From NCBI RefSeq assembly GCF_006345805.1, contig NC_043013.1, positions 4,092,001 through 4,156,000 on the forward strand: a stretch of 64,000 nt of DNA, in the 5' to 3' direction. The stretch is from Octopus sinensis. Its lineage: Eukaryota. Every line of letters starts with the position of its first letter. Positions within the stretch are counted from its first letter, which is position 1. Shown here one piece after another: positions 62,636 to 64,000 of this stretch. Position numbers and translations under genes: made by a program. The notes below the pieces were generated by a model. It saw only the letters and a list, made by a program, of their open reading frames with translations, searched no databases and was not told the DNA's origin.

Positions 62636-64000
62636 CTTTCTGGAGAAAAATCTGGAGTGAAGAGGTGTTTAACAAAGATACTCTGTGGCTGGAAGAAATC
62701 CGAAGAAGTTATTTCTCCTGCATTATACCCAAGACATACAACATTGACTGCGAAATTCTTGCACAAACTCTTGTGATTCAAGAACTCCAGGATGGAAAAA
62801 CACCTGGAAGAGACTTGATTGTTGGATATTAGTACAAGAAGCTAACCTTCTATCAACCATATCATCCATCTGTATCAGCAAGTTCTCAATGGGAACAGTA
62901 GCATACCACACTGGTTAGCTTTGGCAGAGACAAAATTGACCCCCAAATGCAGGACCACCTACATGGCAAAAAACTACAGGCCAATTGCATACCAGAACTT
63001 AATGTATAAGATATATACAACATGCATGAATCTCTCGACAGTAGAACAAGCAGCTGTGATATCAGTGATACGATACCACATGATGAACCTAGTTTCAATG
63101 TGACTAGACTACAAGAAAGCTTTTGACTCTGTTCCCCACTCATGGATGCTAGAAGCCCTTCAACTTGCTAAAGTTCCAGTGAGAATAGTCAAAGTCATAG
63201 CTGACCTGACTTCATCGTGGGCCACTATCTTGAAATTAAACACAAAGAGTGACTGCATTATCACTGATAGAATACAATATCGCAAAGGCATATTCCAAGG
63301 GGACAGCCTCTCTGTGATGATTTTTATATTTTCTGTAAACCCCTTGTCATTCATGTTAAGGAAGTCTGAAGGATATCTCATTGGTTCTCAAGGAAACAGA
63401 AATACCAAAATTACATACCGTTTCCTTGTGGATGGCTTGAAACTTTATGCAAAGAATATGCATGAGATGAAAAACAGCCTTGACCTGGTTACAACATTCT
63501 CAAAGGATGTAGGGTTGGAGTTTGGTCAGGATAAATGTTGTTATATGGTTGGGAAAAGGGGGAAAACTATAAACCAGACTAGTAACATCTCTATTAATAA
63601 TTTGATTGCTTCCCCTGTATCTAACGAGGAATGTTACAGGTATCTAGGGGTGGATGAAAATATATCTTACAGTGGCACCTGTAACAAAATACGTGTTTCT
63701 AAAGAATATTACAGCCGAATAAAGAAAATTTGGATCTCAGAACTTTCTGCAGTCAATAAAACACTAGCTCACAATGTGTTTGCAGTTCCAGTACTCATAC
63801 CAACATTTGGGCTGCTTAAATGGACGCTTGATGAGACCCGAGCCATTGGTGTGAAAACCCGAAAAATACTAGGATGCACACATAATTTCCACGTAAACAG
63901 TGACGTTTGGCACCTCTACCTAAAACAAAAACAAGGTGGCAGAGGCTTAACATCGATTCAAAATGCCCTCATCAAATGTTGCATCAAATCGCTTCGGCAA
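62636..64000 (+). mobile_element. R4/Dong LINE RT region, decayed, running off the window
   Basis: FWRKIWS, NYRPIA, DYKKAFDSVPHSWM, RKGIFQGDSLS, FLVDGLKLYA, GLEFGQDKC, YRYLG. Confidence 0.88.

Overview
AT-rich, repeat-dominated eukaryotic (metazoan) DNA. The SINE families and dense TA/CA/TATC/TAA microsatellites strongly resemble an octopus (coleoid cephalopod) genome; this is recognition from memory, not a search result. No host protein-coding gene, rRNA, true tRNA or CRISPR array can be supported, and most ORFs in the track are microsatellite artefacts. The window holds about 25 tRNA-derived SINE copies (3-4 families), a near full-length CR1-group LINE (33.8-37.8 kb), and fragments of CR1, RTE-BovB, Tx1/L1, R4/Dong and Penelope-like retroelements. 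DNA transposons include a Tc1-like element with DD36E spacing, a hAT deletion derivative, a three-copy GG-TIR/8-bp-TSD MITE and two foldback elements. The most notable object is at 39868-40625: a young, ORF-less insertion made of 1.57 tandem copies of a 353-bp unit plus a 202-bp inverted piece. It carries a complete type I hammerhead ribozyme (40354-40423) with a palindromic minimal stem III, i.e. a retrozyme/Penelope-type circular-RNA retroelement. SINE and decayed-element boundaries are approximate (about +/-10-30 bp); TIR/TSD and ribozyme coordinates were counted by hand.
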